From positions 160,001 to 224,000 of the forward strand of contig CAWJTV010000041.1 in NCBI GenBank assembly GCA_963845755.1: DNA of 64,000 nucleotides. The letters are read 5' to 3'. Source of the DNA: an uncultured Planctomycetota bacterium (lineage in GTDB: Bacteria; Planctomycetota; Planctomycetia; Isosphaerales; Isosphaeraceae). Below, one piece after another: positions 33,538 to 46,200 of this stretch. A model generated the notes under the pieces. It was not told the DNA's origin and ran no database searches. It saw nothing but the letters and a program-made list of their open reading frames with translations. Within the stretch, counting starts at the first letter, position 1. The number at the start of each line of letters is the position of its first letter. The translations under genes were made by a program, and so were the position numbers.

Positions 33538-33653
33538 CCGATTCCTCGCGGTCTCCTCGGATTGGACGCGAGCCCTTGGGCTCGCCACCGCGGCGAAAAT
33601 CACCGATCGACCGGTCCCGACCTCCGGCGGCGGGACTGATGCGACGGCTCACG

Positions 33654-34649
33654 TCACGTTACATGCAACTCGACGATGTCGGCATCATGAAGCTCGTGGT
33701 CGCGCTTGACCGCCTGGCCGTCGAATACGCCCGCACCCCAGAGCCGAGCCGACTTGAGCGAATGCTCGAAGTCCCGATGGACTTCCCGGGCCAGATCCAG
33801 GACGGTGCTGCCGATGGGGAGCGTGAAAGGTCTGGTCCGGTCGGCGGGTTTGCCAGGGACTTTCGTATAGACCCGGAGCACCCCCAGTAAATCGTATGCT
33901 GTCGCCCTCAGGGTTTCCAGACCTTCGCCCGTTTCGCCCGAGGCGGCGACGATGGGAAATCGGGCTCCCAGCCATTCCTGGACGATCTCCAACCGCTCGC
34001 GGGCCCCATTGGCATCGACCTTGGTGGCCACCATCACCGACTTGACGTGCCGAATCCGCTCGTCCTCCACATCGTATGGCAGCTCGCCGACCAGCTCGGT
34101 ATGAGCCTCAGCGAGTTGATCGAGGACCGTCAGGGCCGATTCCGCCACATCATCGCTGCCCAGGTCTATAACCAAGAGGGCCGCATCCGCCGACCGGATG
34201 ACGTTGGGTACCCAACCCTCGAAGAAATCCACCGCGATCGGTGGCAGGTGAACCAACTGGATGGGCACGTCCTGCCACAGCATGATTCCGGGTTGTGGCA
34301 CCCGGGTCGTGAAGGGATACGCGGCGATCTCGGGCCGGGCATTGGTCAGCGCCGCCAGCAAGCGGCTCTTGCCCACGTTCGGCGGTCCCACGAGCACCAC
34401 CTGGCCGGCCCCCTCTCGCGGCACATGATGGCTCAATCCTCCTTTCTTCCCACCCGCCTTGCTCCGTTCCAATTCCTCGCGGAGCCGGCTCATTTTTTGC
34501 TTGAGATCCGACTGAAGCTTCTCCGTGCCCTTGTGCTTGGGCAACAGACGGAACAATTCGCGAAGCGTCTCCAGCCGTTTCTCCGGAGTCGCCGCCTTGC
34601 GATACGCGTCTTCGACCTCGAGGTACTGCGGCGGTAGGTTCGCTGGCAT
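33654..34649 (-). CDS. DRG/OBG-family GTPase with TGS domain
   Basis: MPANLPPQY, KHKGTEKL, G1 GPPNVGKS, G2 YPFTT, G4 TKVD, C-terminal TGS (GSTVLDLAREVH...HDADIVELH). Confidence 0.9.
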   Translation of the reverse strand: MPANLPPQYLEVEDAYRKAATPEKRLETLRELFRLLPKHKGTEKLQSDLKQKMSRLREELERSKAGGKKGGLSHHVPREGAGQVVLVGPPNVGKSRLLAALTNARPEIAAYPFTTRVPQPGIMLWQDVPIQLVHLPPIAVDFFEGWVPNVIRSADAALLVIDLGSDDVAESALTVLDQLAEAHTELVGELPYDVEDERIRHVKSVMVATKVDANGARERLEIVQEWLGARFPIVAASGETGEGLETLRATAYDLLGVLRVYTKVPGKPADRTRPFTLPIGSTVLDLAREVHRDFEHSLKSARLWGAGVFDGQAVKRDHELHDADIVELHVT

Positions 34650-34955
34650 CGTGGCGACTCTCCACGGCGCTCCCGTGACGAACTCTTGGCACCGTAGCGA
34701 CTTCCGCGCCCCGATGCAAGAGCTTGGTGACGCCTTGCAACACGCACGCGGCGACAACACCCTTCTCAACGCCCCGAACGGCCTCGAAACCCCGTCCATC
34801 AGTCGAATTGGACCGGGAGGAATCGGCGATGTCCCAACCTTAGCGGTTTTGCGAATTGTCGGGCCTTCAATTCTTCGTCACAAGCGCCCCATTTTTCCCG
34901 GACAATCTATAATTCCCTTCACAGAGACTACCTTCTTGAGCAGGGGGGAGCCGCG

Positions 34956-35470
34956 ATGTACACGGTCGAGTTTTTGCGAAGTCGTCGAGTCTGGTTCGAG
35001 GAGATGGTCCATAGCCCGGCATCGTCATCGACCAAGCGGCGCATAGCATCCACGTCCCGGGCCGTCAGGTGGCGAAGACCGTACTCGTCAACGCCGGCAA
35101 CCGGTTCGTGCTGGCCGTCCTGCCGTCAACCTGCCGGGTCGACCTGGCTCGATTGGCTGAGATCCTCGGATTGCCCGGTGCGGATCTGCGTCTGGCCACG
35201 TCCGACGAGCTGATCGGGCACTTCACCGACTGCGAGCCCGGAGTCGTCCCGCCGTTCGGACGGCTTTACGACATCGAGACGGTGTTCGATTCGAGTCTGG
35301 CCGAGGTCGACGAGCTGGTCTTCGGTGGCAACACGCGGCATGAGGGTTTGCGAATGCGATCCAGCGATTATCTCGCCATCGAAAAGCCGGTGATCGGCTC
35401 GTTCGCCGCTCCGATTGCTCCCAAGCGGTCCGTCGCGACCCTTTCTCAAGTTGACCGACGGGCGGGTTGA
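34956..35470 (+). CDS. YbaK/ProX-family aminoacyl-tRNA deacylase (frameshift ~35040)
   Basis: VAKTVLV...LAVLP...LAT..EL...F.DCEPGVVPPFG.LY...GNTRHE. Confidence 0.88.
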
Positions 35471-36720
35471 ACGGCTGGCGGAGTCGGATGGATGTCTCCC
35501 GCGTGACGACGGCAGCAGCCGCGGAGACTGGGCTGTCCGACAGGACAGGCGAGATCCGCCGCCCTGTGTTTGTCAGAGTTCAGCGTCATCCTGCGGCGCG
35601 GAATCCTTCGCGTTCCCGATCAACCGATCCGCATGCCGTTTCTGAGGCTCCAGGTAATACTCAACGAGCTTTTTCGGATCGTGATCGCACCGGGCGGAGA
35701 TCTGCCACCGGACGGCTCGGATCTCATCGATCACAGGATCACTCAGATCCTTCTCCGAGTTCGCGTGTCGTCCCCGAACCGGAAAAGCCCGCCCTGTACG
35801 GCGCTCGGGCCTCCTTCGAGAGTTCTCTCAGCAAGATCGAGCCGGCCATCGCCGACTTCACCGAGGCCATCCGGCTCCGAGGGACGACGTTTTCATCCGG
35901 AGACGCCTGGTTCTTCGCGGGGCGGGCGAACCTCTATCTGGCACGCGGAGAAACCGACCGGGCCCTGGCGGATTACGACGAAGCGATCCGTCTCGACCCG
36001 AAATCGCCTTGGGTCCACAGCTTCCGCGGATTGGCTCATACGCGGAAGAGGCGATGGGACCGCGCCATTGCCGACCACGCGAAAGCGAAGGACCTGGCCG
36101 GCTCCGATAAACACTTGACCTTCAACTGCATCTCGAGCCACGCCGACATACTGGCCATGACCGACCGGATTCCCGAGGCCGAGGCCGGCTACGAAGAATC
36201 CGTCAAGTTCGACCCGGCGCGCTTGCCGCACTCGCTCGTGGTCCGCGCCTGGTTCATCGATCGGCTGCGCGGCGATTACGACGCGGCACTCCAGAAGCTC
36301 GATGAGGCGGCCAAGAGCGGAATGATCTGGCAGTTCCTCGACCGTGGGCTGATCCTCGTGCACTTGGGCATGCCGGACCGCGCCTTGGCCGACTTCAGCG
36401 AGGTCTTGGAGCGGGTCAAGCCTCGACCCGACTGGCTCGCTCTCGCGAACTATTACCCCCGATGGCTGGCGCTCGTGCTCGGCCGGGCCGAAGCCTATTT
36501 GCTCAAGGGCGACCTCGACCGCGCCCTGGTCGATGCCGACGAGGCGGTGCGGTTCGCCCCGCGGACGGCCGAAGCCCGACTCCTCCGTGCCCGGGTCCAC
36601 GACAAGCGCGGCAACCCCGACATCGCCGCCGCCGACCAGAACGCCGCCGCCGGGCTCGCGCCGGACCCCATGCTCGCCCTGCCCGAGCCCCGATCCGCCG
36701 GCGCTCACGATCGCCGTTGA
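35467..36720 (+). CDS. TPR-repeat protein (start uncertain)
   Basis: AIADFTEAIRL, RALADYDEAIRLDPK, RALVDADEAVRFAP. The N-terminal ~110 aa do not look protein-like. Confidence 0.75.
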   Translation: MNGWRSRMDVSRVTTAAAAETGLSDRTGEIRRPVFVRVQRHPAARNPSRSRSTDPHAVSEAPGNTQRAFSDRDRTGRRSATGRLGSHRSQDHSDPSPSSRVVPEPEKPALYGARASFESSLSKIEPAIADFTEAIRLRGTTFSSGDAWFFAGRANLYLARGETDRALADYDEAIRLDPKSPWVHSFRGLAHTRKRRWDRAIADHAKAKDLAGSDKHLTFNCISSHADILAMTDRIPEAEAGYEESVKFDPARLPHSLVVRAWFIDRLRGDYDAALQKLDEAAKSGMIWQFLDRGLILVHLGMPDRALADFSEVLERVKPRPDWLALANYYPRWLALVLGRAEAYLLKGDLDRALVDADEAVRFAPRTAEARLLRARVHDKRGNPDIAAADQNAAAGLAPDPMLALPEPRSAGAHDRR

Positions 36721-37288
36721 TGTCCCCTCAGGCCCGTCCCCGCGGTGCTGCCCGAGAAGGATTTTCTCCGGTCGGTGTAAGAACCGCTGTCGGCCGGAAT
36801 CGAAGCATATCGTGCGATAACTGGGTCGGACTCGCCCGCCGGACCGATGTCCTCAGGAGTGCTTCGGTCGCGATTGTTCGTTATTTTGTCCGGATTTGTG
36901 CTGAGGCCCGATATCACAAGAGGTAGGCCCGCTGTCGGCGAGGCACCGCCGGCCATCGAGGCGGCCGGACTCGAGACGACGGGCGGGGAGACGCGGTCGT
37001 TTGCCTTCCGAACTCCTTCATCTGCCGGTCTAGCCGACAGGCGCCGGGGTTCCAGGTACCGACGTCCGACGCCTCGCCGCCGAACGCCTTCATCTGCCGG
37101 ACTGGCCGGCCGGGGTTTGTTCTCCGGTTTGGTTGGCGATCCGGGTCGTTTTCGCAGGTCCTGGGACAAGCGCCTCAACGGATCCCCCGACCCCTGGGGA
37201 AGTTGGGCGTTTCGGTAGTCGAGGCCGAAGCGACCTCCTCAACGAACGATATCCCGAACCAACCTTCCCATTCCAGGAGACGACGATA

Positions 37289-40200
37289 ATGCTGCTGGCG
37301 CATCGCGAGACCTCTCGTTGTCGGGCTCGTCGGAAGAACCGTTCGCCGCTACGAGCCGTCCGGCTGACGATCGATGGACTAGAGGCGCGCACTCTGCTCT
37401 CGGCAGTCTCCTGGACGGGCAAGGGCGATGGAACGAGTTGGACAGATGCCAGCAACTGGTCCGATGATGCTGTGCCGGGGGCGAGCGACAACGTCACGAT
37501 CAACCTGAGCGGCAATCCCACGATCGCGATCACCTCGGGGTCGCAGTCGGTCAACTCGATCAGCAGCACCGATCTGATTTCGATCAGCGGAGGCTCGCTG
37601 TCCGTGGCCGCGAATTCGACGCTCGGCGGCCTGACCATGACCGGCGGTCGCACTGTCGGCCAGCGGCTCGGGCGTCTCGCTGACCGTCACGGGGACGACC
37701 ACTGACTCCGGCGGTAGCCTCGACGCCGAGAATGGAGCAAGCCTCAGCCTCAACCAGTTGACCAGTTACACCGGCAACACCAACACGACCACACTGGAGG
37801 CGACTGGTGCGGGGAGCACGCTGACACTGGCCAACCTGGCGAGCGTGACGCAACCCGGTAACTCCTACGCGGAGCAGGCGCAATTCGAGGCCCTGGCCGG
37901 CGGCACGGTGAACCTGTCAGCCCTCAAGACGATCGACACTGGCACGGTGGTCCTGGAGAGCGACGGGACCGGCAGCGTCCTGAACCTGGGAGCGCTCACC
38001 AGCTTCACCGAGAACAGGGGGCTGGACCTACTCGACCCTCCAGGCCTCCAACGGCGGCACGGTCGATGATGGCAAGCTGACCAGCCTGTCCAACATGAAC
38101 TTCAACGTCGCCGGCACGGGCGAAAACCTCACGCTGGCCGGCATCACCTCGTATGGCAGCGGCAACATCACGGTCAGTGGTGGGGCGAAGCTGAGCCTGC
38201 CGGGGATCACCGGCTACACCGGTAACGCCGCCACCACCACGCTGGAGGCCACCGGCGCGGGGAGCGCGCTGACGCTGGCCAACCTGGCGAGCGTGACGCA
38301 ACCCGGTAACTCCTACGCGGAGCAGGCGCAATTCGAGGCCCTGGCCGGCGGCACGGTGAACTTGCCGGCCTTGAAGACGATCAACACGGGCACTGTGGTC
38401 CTGGAGAGCGACGGCACCAACAGCGTGCTGAACGTCCCGGCACTGACCAGCTTCATCGAGACCGCCGGCTGGACCTATTCGACCCTGCAAGCCTCGACCA
38501 ACGGTACGGTCAACGACAGCAGCCTGGCCAGTCTCTCCAATGTGAATCTCAACGTCGACGGCTCCAGCCAGAACCTCACGCTCTCGAGCCTGACGTCGTT
38601 CAACAGCAGCAACCTCACGGTCAGTGGTGGGGCGAAGCTGAGCCTGCCGGGGGTCACCGGCTACACCGGTAACGCCGCCACCACCACGCTGGAGGCCACC
38701 GGCGCGGGGAGCGCGCTGACGCTGGCCAACCTGGCGAGCGTGACGCAGCCCGGTAACTCCTACGCGGAGCAGGCGCAATTCGAGGCCCTTGCCGGCGGCA
38801 CGGTCACGTTGTCGGGGTTGAAGACGATCAACACCGGCACGGTGGTCCTGGAGAGCGACGGGACCGGCACGTACGCTGAATGTGGGGGCACTGACCGGCT
38901 TCACCGAGACCGGGGGCTGGACCTACTCGACCCTCCAGGCCTCCAACGACGGCACGGTCGATGATGGCAAGCTGACCAGCCTGTCCAACGTGAACCTCAA
39001 CGTCAACGGCTCGAGCCAGAATCTCACGCTCTCGGGCCTGACGTCGTTCAGCAGCGGGAACATCACGGTCAGTGGTGGGGCGAAGCTGAGCCTGCCGGGG
39101 ATCACCAGCTACACCGGTAACGCCGCCACCACCACTCTGGAGGCGACTGGTACGGGGAGCACGCTGACGCTGGCCAACCTGGCGAGCGTGACGCAACCCG
39201 GTAACAGCTACGCGGAGCAGGTGCAATTCGAGGCCCTGGCCGGCGGCACGGTGCACGTTGTCGGCGCTCAAGACGATCGACACCGGCACGGTGATCCTGG
39301 AGAGCGACGGGACCAGCAGCGTCCTGAACCTGGGAGCGCTCACCAGCTTCACCGAAACAGGGGGCTGGACCTACTCGACCCTCCAGGCCTCCAACGGCGG
39401 CACGGTCGATGATGGCAAGCTGACCAGCCTGTCCAACATGAACTTCAACGTCGCCGGCACGGGCGAAAACCTCACGCTGGCCGGCATCACCTCGTATGGC
39501 AGCGGCAACATCACGGTCAGTGGTGGGGCGAAGCTGAGCCTGCCGGGGGTCACCGGCTATACCGGTAACGCCGCCACTACCACGCTGGAGGCCACCGGGG
39601 CGGGGAGCGCGCTGACGCTGGCCAACCTGACGAGCGTGACGCAACCCGGTAACTCCTACGCGGAGCAGGCGCAATTCGAGGCCCTGGCCGGCGGCACGGT
39701 GAACTTGCCGGCCTTGAAGACGATCAATACCGGCACGGTGGTCCTGGAGAGCGACGGGACCGGCAGCGTTCTGAACATCGCCGCGCTGACCAGCCTCACC
39801 GAGACCAACGGCTGGACGGACTCGACCCTGCAAGCCTCCACCAACGGCACGGTCAACAACAGCACCTTGGCCAGCCTCTCCAACGTGAATCTCAACGTCG
39901 ACGGCTCCAGTCAGAACCTCACGCTCTCGAGCCTGACGTCGTTCAACAGCAGCAACCTCACGGTCAGTGGTGGGGCGAAGCTGAGCCTGCCGGGGGTCAC
40001 CGGCTACACCGGTAACGCCGCCACCACCACACTGGAGGCCACCGGCGCGGGGAGCACGCTGACGCTGGCCAACCTGACGGGCGTGACGCAGCCCGGTAAC
40101 AGCTACGCGGAGCAAGCGCAATTCGAGGCCCTGGCCGGCGGCACGGTGAACCTGTCAGCCCTCAAGACGATCGACACTGGCACGGTGGTCCTGGAGAGCG

Positions 40201-43200
40201 ACGGGACCGGCAGCACACTGAATGTGGGGGCTCTGACCGGCTTCACCGAGACCGGGGGCTGGACCTTCTCGACCCTGCAATCCTCCAACGGGGGTACGGT
40301 TGCCGATAGCAGCCGCCTGACCAGCCTGTCCAACGTGGACCTCAACGTCGGCGGCCCGATCAACCTCAGCGGCCTGACCGGCCTTTCCAACGTGAACCTG
40401 AGTGTCTCCGGCACGGGCGAGAACTTCACGCTCACCGGCCCGACTTCGTACGGCAGTGGCACCATCACGGTCAGCGGTGGGGCGACACTGAGCCTGCCCA
40501 CCCTGACCAGCGTCAACGGTAGCACGATCGAGGTCAACGGCGGTACCCTCACCCTGTCCGCCCTGACCAGCGCCGAGGACTCCGCGCTCGAGGTCAGCGG
40601 CGGCGGCACGCTGACCCTGCCGGCGCCGACGACCTTCACGGCCGCGGGGAGCACCGTCACGGTGACCGGCACCGGGTCTTCGGTCCAGATCGGCAGCGGC
40701 GTTTTGGAACCGCTGCCCACCTCGGGGAGCAACGGCACAATCAACGTGCCCGCGTTCCCCCAGGGGATGACCGTCAACCTGAATCCCAACGGCACGTTCT
40801 CGGGCGGCACGACGCTCAACGTCGGTGCGGACGCGACCGTGGAAATCCAGAGTGGCACCTATCTAGGCGGGGTCACCTTCAACGTCGGCCAGGGGGCCGT
40901 CGTTGACCTGACGGCCGGGCACACGGTCACCTACGGCGGGACACTCAACGGCTCCGGGAGCGGAACGGTCCAGTTCAGCGGCGGGGACATCGATCCCGCC
41001 GCCGGCTCGGGCGATGGCCCTACCAACGCGGGCCTGACTCTGAACTTCCCCGGCAGCATATTCCAGTGGACCGGGGGCGGGTTCTTCGCCTCGCTCGGCA
41101 ATGTGACCAACCTGGGAACCATCAACCTGGCCGGTTCCAGCGACAAGGGCTTCTATGAGGATGGCACCCTCTACAACGAAGGCACCCTGATCCAGACCGG
41201 CACCGGCAACCTCGACCTGCACAGCGACAACGTGTCCCCCACCACGCTCGTGAACGACACGGGGGCGTCTTATCTCATCGAGTCCGATTCGGGGATCGAC
41301 AATGGCTTCGGTGGCCAGACATCCCTCGTCAACTCCGGCACCATTCGCAAGACGGCGGGGACCGGCACGTCCACGCTCACGATCGCGGGGTCCCTCACCA
41401 ACACCGGAACCATCGAGGCCGACTCCGGTACACTGGATCTCGAACCCGCCTCGTTCACCCAGCTCGCGACCGGCAGCTTGACCGGCGGCACCTGGAACGC
41501 CCTCGACGGCGCCACCTTGCGATTCCCGAGCGGCACGACCATCACCAGCAATGCCGCGACGATCGCCCTCGGTGGCAGCGGCGCGACGATCGCCGCTCTG
41601 GCGAGTCTGGCCTCCAACAGCGGCAGCCTGAGCCTCACCGGCGGGGCCCGCCTGACCACATCGGGCGGCTTCAGCAATAGCGGGAACCTGACCGTCGGCG
41701 CCGGCAGTACCCTGAAGGTCGGCGGCAAGTTCAGCCAGGCCGCGGGCGGCACGCTCGCCGTGCAAATCGGCGGCACACCCGCCAGCGGCCAGTACGGGCA
41801 GGTCGCGGCGACCGGCTCGGCGGCGCTGGGCGGGGATTTGAATGTCAGCCTGGTCAACGGCTTCAACCCGACGCTTGGCCAGGACTATCCGGCGCTGTCG
41901 TACGCGAGTGTGACCGGCGCCTTCGCCAAGGTCTCGGGGCTCCCCTCGGGCATGACCGCGACCCAGGCAGCCACGGCGCTCAACCTGGATATGGCCGCCG
42001 CCGGTGCGGACCTGGCCGTGACCAGCGTGAGTGCCCCGACCACGGCGGCCCTCGGTCAGTCGATCGCCGTCGGCTGGCAGGTGAAGGACGAGGACGCGAC
42101 GGCCGCAGCCGGAAGCTGGCAGGACAGCGTCTATCTCTCGCCCACGTCATCGATCACCGGCAGCTCGATCCTGCTGGGCACGGTGGTGCACACCGGCGGC
42201 CTGGGCGCCGGCGCCACCTACAACGGCACTCTGACCGCGGCCGTGCCAGCACTGGCGCCGGGCTCGTATCACGTCCTGGTCGAGGTCGACAGCCTCTACC
42301 AGATCCCCGACCCTAACCGCGCCAACAACACCTCGGCCGCGACCGGACAGCTCGCGGTCAGCCTGCCGTCGCTGACGCTCGGCACGGCCGCCAGCGGCTC
42401 GTTCACGGCCGCCGAGCAGAGCAAGTATTACCAGGTGATCGTGCCGGCCGGCGGCTCGCTGGTCGTCACCGCCGCGAGCGCGGCGACGTCCGGCGCGCTC
42501 GCGGTTTATGTCAGCCAGGGGACCCTGCCGACGCCGTACAATTACCAGGACGCCTCGGCCATCCCGAATCAGCCCAGCCAGACGGCCGTCGTGCCGCAAG
42601 TGCTGGCGGCGGGGACCTACGAAATCCTGGTCGAGAGCGTCTCCGGCGCCGCGGCCACGGCCGGCTATACGCTGACGGTCACCCAGGGGAATGCCTCGAC
42701 GATCTCCGGCCTCTCGACGACCTCCGGCGGCAATGCCGGGAACCTCACGGTCGGCATCAACGGCACCAACTTCGCGCCGACGGATACCGCCACGCTGACG
42801 CTGGGCGGCTCGACCATCTCGGCGTCGGCGATCGATTTCGTCAACGCGGGCCAGATCTACGCCACCTTCAATCTGAAGGGTGCGACCGTCGGCAATTACA
42901 CGCTGACGGTCCACCAGGGCGGCCAGGCGGTGACGGCACCGTCGCCATTGCAGGTGGTGGCGGCCACCGCGGGGACGCTGAGCGTCAGCCTCAGCGTGCC
43001 CCAGCTCGTCCGCGTGGGGCGGACCGGCACGGTCGTGGTCAACTACACCAACACCACGAGCAACGACATCGTGGCCCCGCTCCTGACGATCTCGTCCACC
43101 AATACCACCGTCCTCTTCAGCACGCCGGACGATCCGAACGACTACGTGCCGTCGGCCGAGGTGCTGGCCGTTGCCCCCGGCGGCCCGGCGGGGATCCTCC

Positions 43201-46200
43201 GGCCCGGCCAGAGCGGCCAGCTCAGCCTGACCCTGCTCGCCCAGGGCTCCGGACACCAGGAGATCCCCGTCGAGGTCGCCCAGATCGAAGCGGGCCAGAC
43301 CATCGCTTGGTCGTCACAGGAGTCCGCGATCCGGCCCAGCAGCATTTCCACCGCGGCCTGGAACGCCATCTGGACGAACCTGATGACGACGGTCGGCACG
43401 ACGACCGATTCCTACGATGCCGCGCTGGCGCAGGCCGCGACCTATCTCGGCGGCGTCGGCGAAACCACGGCCCAGGTCAGCGATGTGAGCCGCCTCTGGT
43501 CGTTCCTCACCGCTCAGGCCGACGCCGCGTTCCCTGTGGGGACCTTGACCTCGGCCACCGACGCCTCGCTGCCGACGCCAGGTAGTCTGACGCTGGCCAT
43601 CGGCCGGACCTTCGGTGCGACGATCGACGCCCGCGATCGGCCGGGTCCCTTCGGTCTCGGCTGGACCACAAGCTGGCAGGTATCGCTGAGCACCGACGCC
43701 TCTGGCAATGTGACCATCGACTCGGCCGGTTCCGTCGGCGTGTTCCTGAAGCAGCCCAATGGTACCTACCTGAATACCGACGGCGAATCCGGCGCACTGA
43801 CCCAGTCAGGTGGCATCGACACCTTCACGGCAACGTCCGGCACGCAGCTCGTCTTCCTGGCGAACGGACGGTTGAACTACGAGCAGGACACCGACGGCAA
43901 CCGGATCACGCTGGGCTACAATACCCAGGGTCAGCTCACGACCTTGACCTACTCGAATCCATCGAACCCCTCCGAGCCGACCGAGCAGTTGACGCTGACC
44001 TACAACCCGCAAGGCTTCGTCTCACAGGTCGCCGACGGCACAGGCGATACCTGGTCCTACAGCTACGACTCGGCCGGCCATCTTCTCTCCGTGACGTCGC
44101 CCGGTAATCTGAAGACCTCGTACACCTACAACACGGGGACGAACCCCGAGATGGCCAACGCCCTGCTGTCGATCACCAATCCCGATGGCTCGCAGCAGGA
44201 TTTCACTTACGACTCCCAGGGCCGGCTCAGCGGGACCAGTTCCAACGGCGGCGCCGATACGATCAGTTACACCTACGACGGCCAGGCCGAGATCACGACG
44301 ACCGACGCTGCAAGCCACAAGACCATCACCTGGTACGACGCGACGGGCCAGGTGGCTCGGGTGGAAGACCCGCTGGGCGGCATCTCCAGCTACACCTACA
44401 ACGACAACGGCAACGTGGTCAGCTACACGAACGCCGTCGGCGATACCTACCAGTATTCCTACGATGCCGCCGGAGACGCGACCCAGACGGTCAATCCGCT
44501 CGGCCAATCCGTGAGCATGACGTACAATTCGCTCGGCGACATGACCTCGATCACCGACGCCAACGATACGACCCAGTATCAATACAATGCCGCCGGCAGC
44601 CTGCTCAGCATCAGCTATCCCGACGGCACCGAGCAGTCGTTCCAGTACGACCCGCTCGGAGACATGAGCGAGACCGTCGAACAGGACGGGGATGCGGTCG
44701 GCTACAAGTACAATGCCCAGGGCCTGGTCACCCTGGAATCGTTCGCCGACAAGACGAGCGAGACCTTCACCTACGACGCCCAGGGCAACCTGCTGACCGC
44801 GAAGACCTTTGATGCCGCGGGCACGCTCACGGGCACGACCACGCTCACCTATGTCACCAACACACAGGGGCAGGACATCGGCGGCGAGCTGGGCTCGATC
44901 ACCTATCCCAACGGCCAGTATCTGAAGTTCACGTACAACCCCGAGACGGGGCAACGTACTCAGAGCGTGGACCAGTCCGGCTTCACCGTCAATTATGCGT
45001 ATGATACGCTCGGCCGGCTGTCCGAATTGACCGACGGCTCGGATCATTTGATCGTCAAGTACATGTACAATAACGTGGGCGAGTTGGAGACGAAGCTCAA
45101 CGGCGACGGCACGTCCACGTCCTACCAGTACGACGCGGCCGGCGACCTGACCAGCGAGGTCAATTACGCCGCCGAACGGCACGACGGTCAATTCATCGTT
45201 CGGCTACACGTACAACGTGCTGGGCGAGGTCACCTCGATGACCGACGCCGCGAAAAACAAGACCACTTATGGCTACGATGCCACCGGCCAGTTGACGCAG
45301 GTCACGCTCCCGGGCGGCTCGACCATCACCTACGTTTACAACGCGGCCGGCGACCGGACCGAGGTCATCGACGGCGGCACGACGACCACCTACACCAGCA
45401 ACGCCGACAACGAGGTCACCCAGGTCGGCTCGACGACCTACACCTACGACGCCAACGGCAACCTGCACACCGTCACCGATTCCGGCGGCACGACCACGTA
45501 TGATTACAACGACCTGAACCAGCTCGTCTCGATCACGGCGCCCGACAAGACCGTAACGACGTTCCAGTACAGCCCGCTCGGCTTCCTCGTGGGGGAAAAC
45601 GTCGGCGGCACGCAGACGAATGACCTCGTCGATCCCACCGGCGGCGGCAACGTGGTGGCCTCCTACAACGGCAGCGGCTCGCTGATCGCCGATTACACGT
45701 ATGGTCTCGGCCTGGTCAGCCAGACAGGCCCCGGCGGCACGGGCTATTACGACTTCGACGGCAGCGGCAACACCGTCGGCATCACGGGATCGAGCGGCAG
45801 CTATGTCGATCAGTACAGTTATCTGCCATTCGGCGAGACGACGACCGTCTCAGCCGCGCTGCCGAACCCGTTCACGTTCGCCGGGCAGTCCGGCGTGATG
45901 CAGATCGGGACGAACCTGTTCGACATGCGGGCCCGAGACTACACGCCAGCGACCGGGCAGTTCCTGAGCAATGACCCGAGCGGTCTGTCGGGAGGGCAGG
46001 CCAATCTCCGCCAGTACGCCGGGAACAATCCGGTCTCCCTGGTTGACCCCTCCGGCCTCAGCGCCGAGGCTTCCTACTACGGCGCCTTCCCGGGGGACGG
46101 CATTGCCTCTTACTATGGCGCCTCCCCGGGATCCGCTCCGCCCTCCTACTACGGCGCCTTCCCGGGAGATGGCATTGCCTCCTACTACGGCGCCTTCCCC

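Noticed and set aside
36990..37120. c-di-GMP-I riboswitch (CCGGTCTA...CGGGGTT resemblance)
   Set aside because: The required GGCAAAC...GAAA...GACGCAAA hairpin is absent on the same strand.
37731..40475. CRISPR array or DGR template/variable repeats
   Set aside because: The repeats are long in-frame coding units without spacers. Differences are not adenine-specific, and no cas or reverse transcriptase gene is present.
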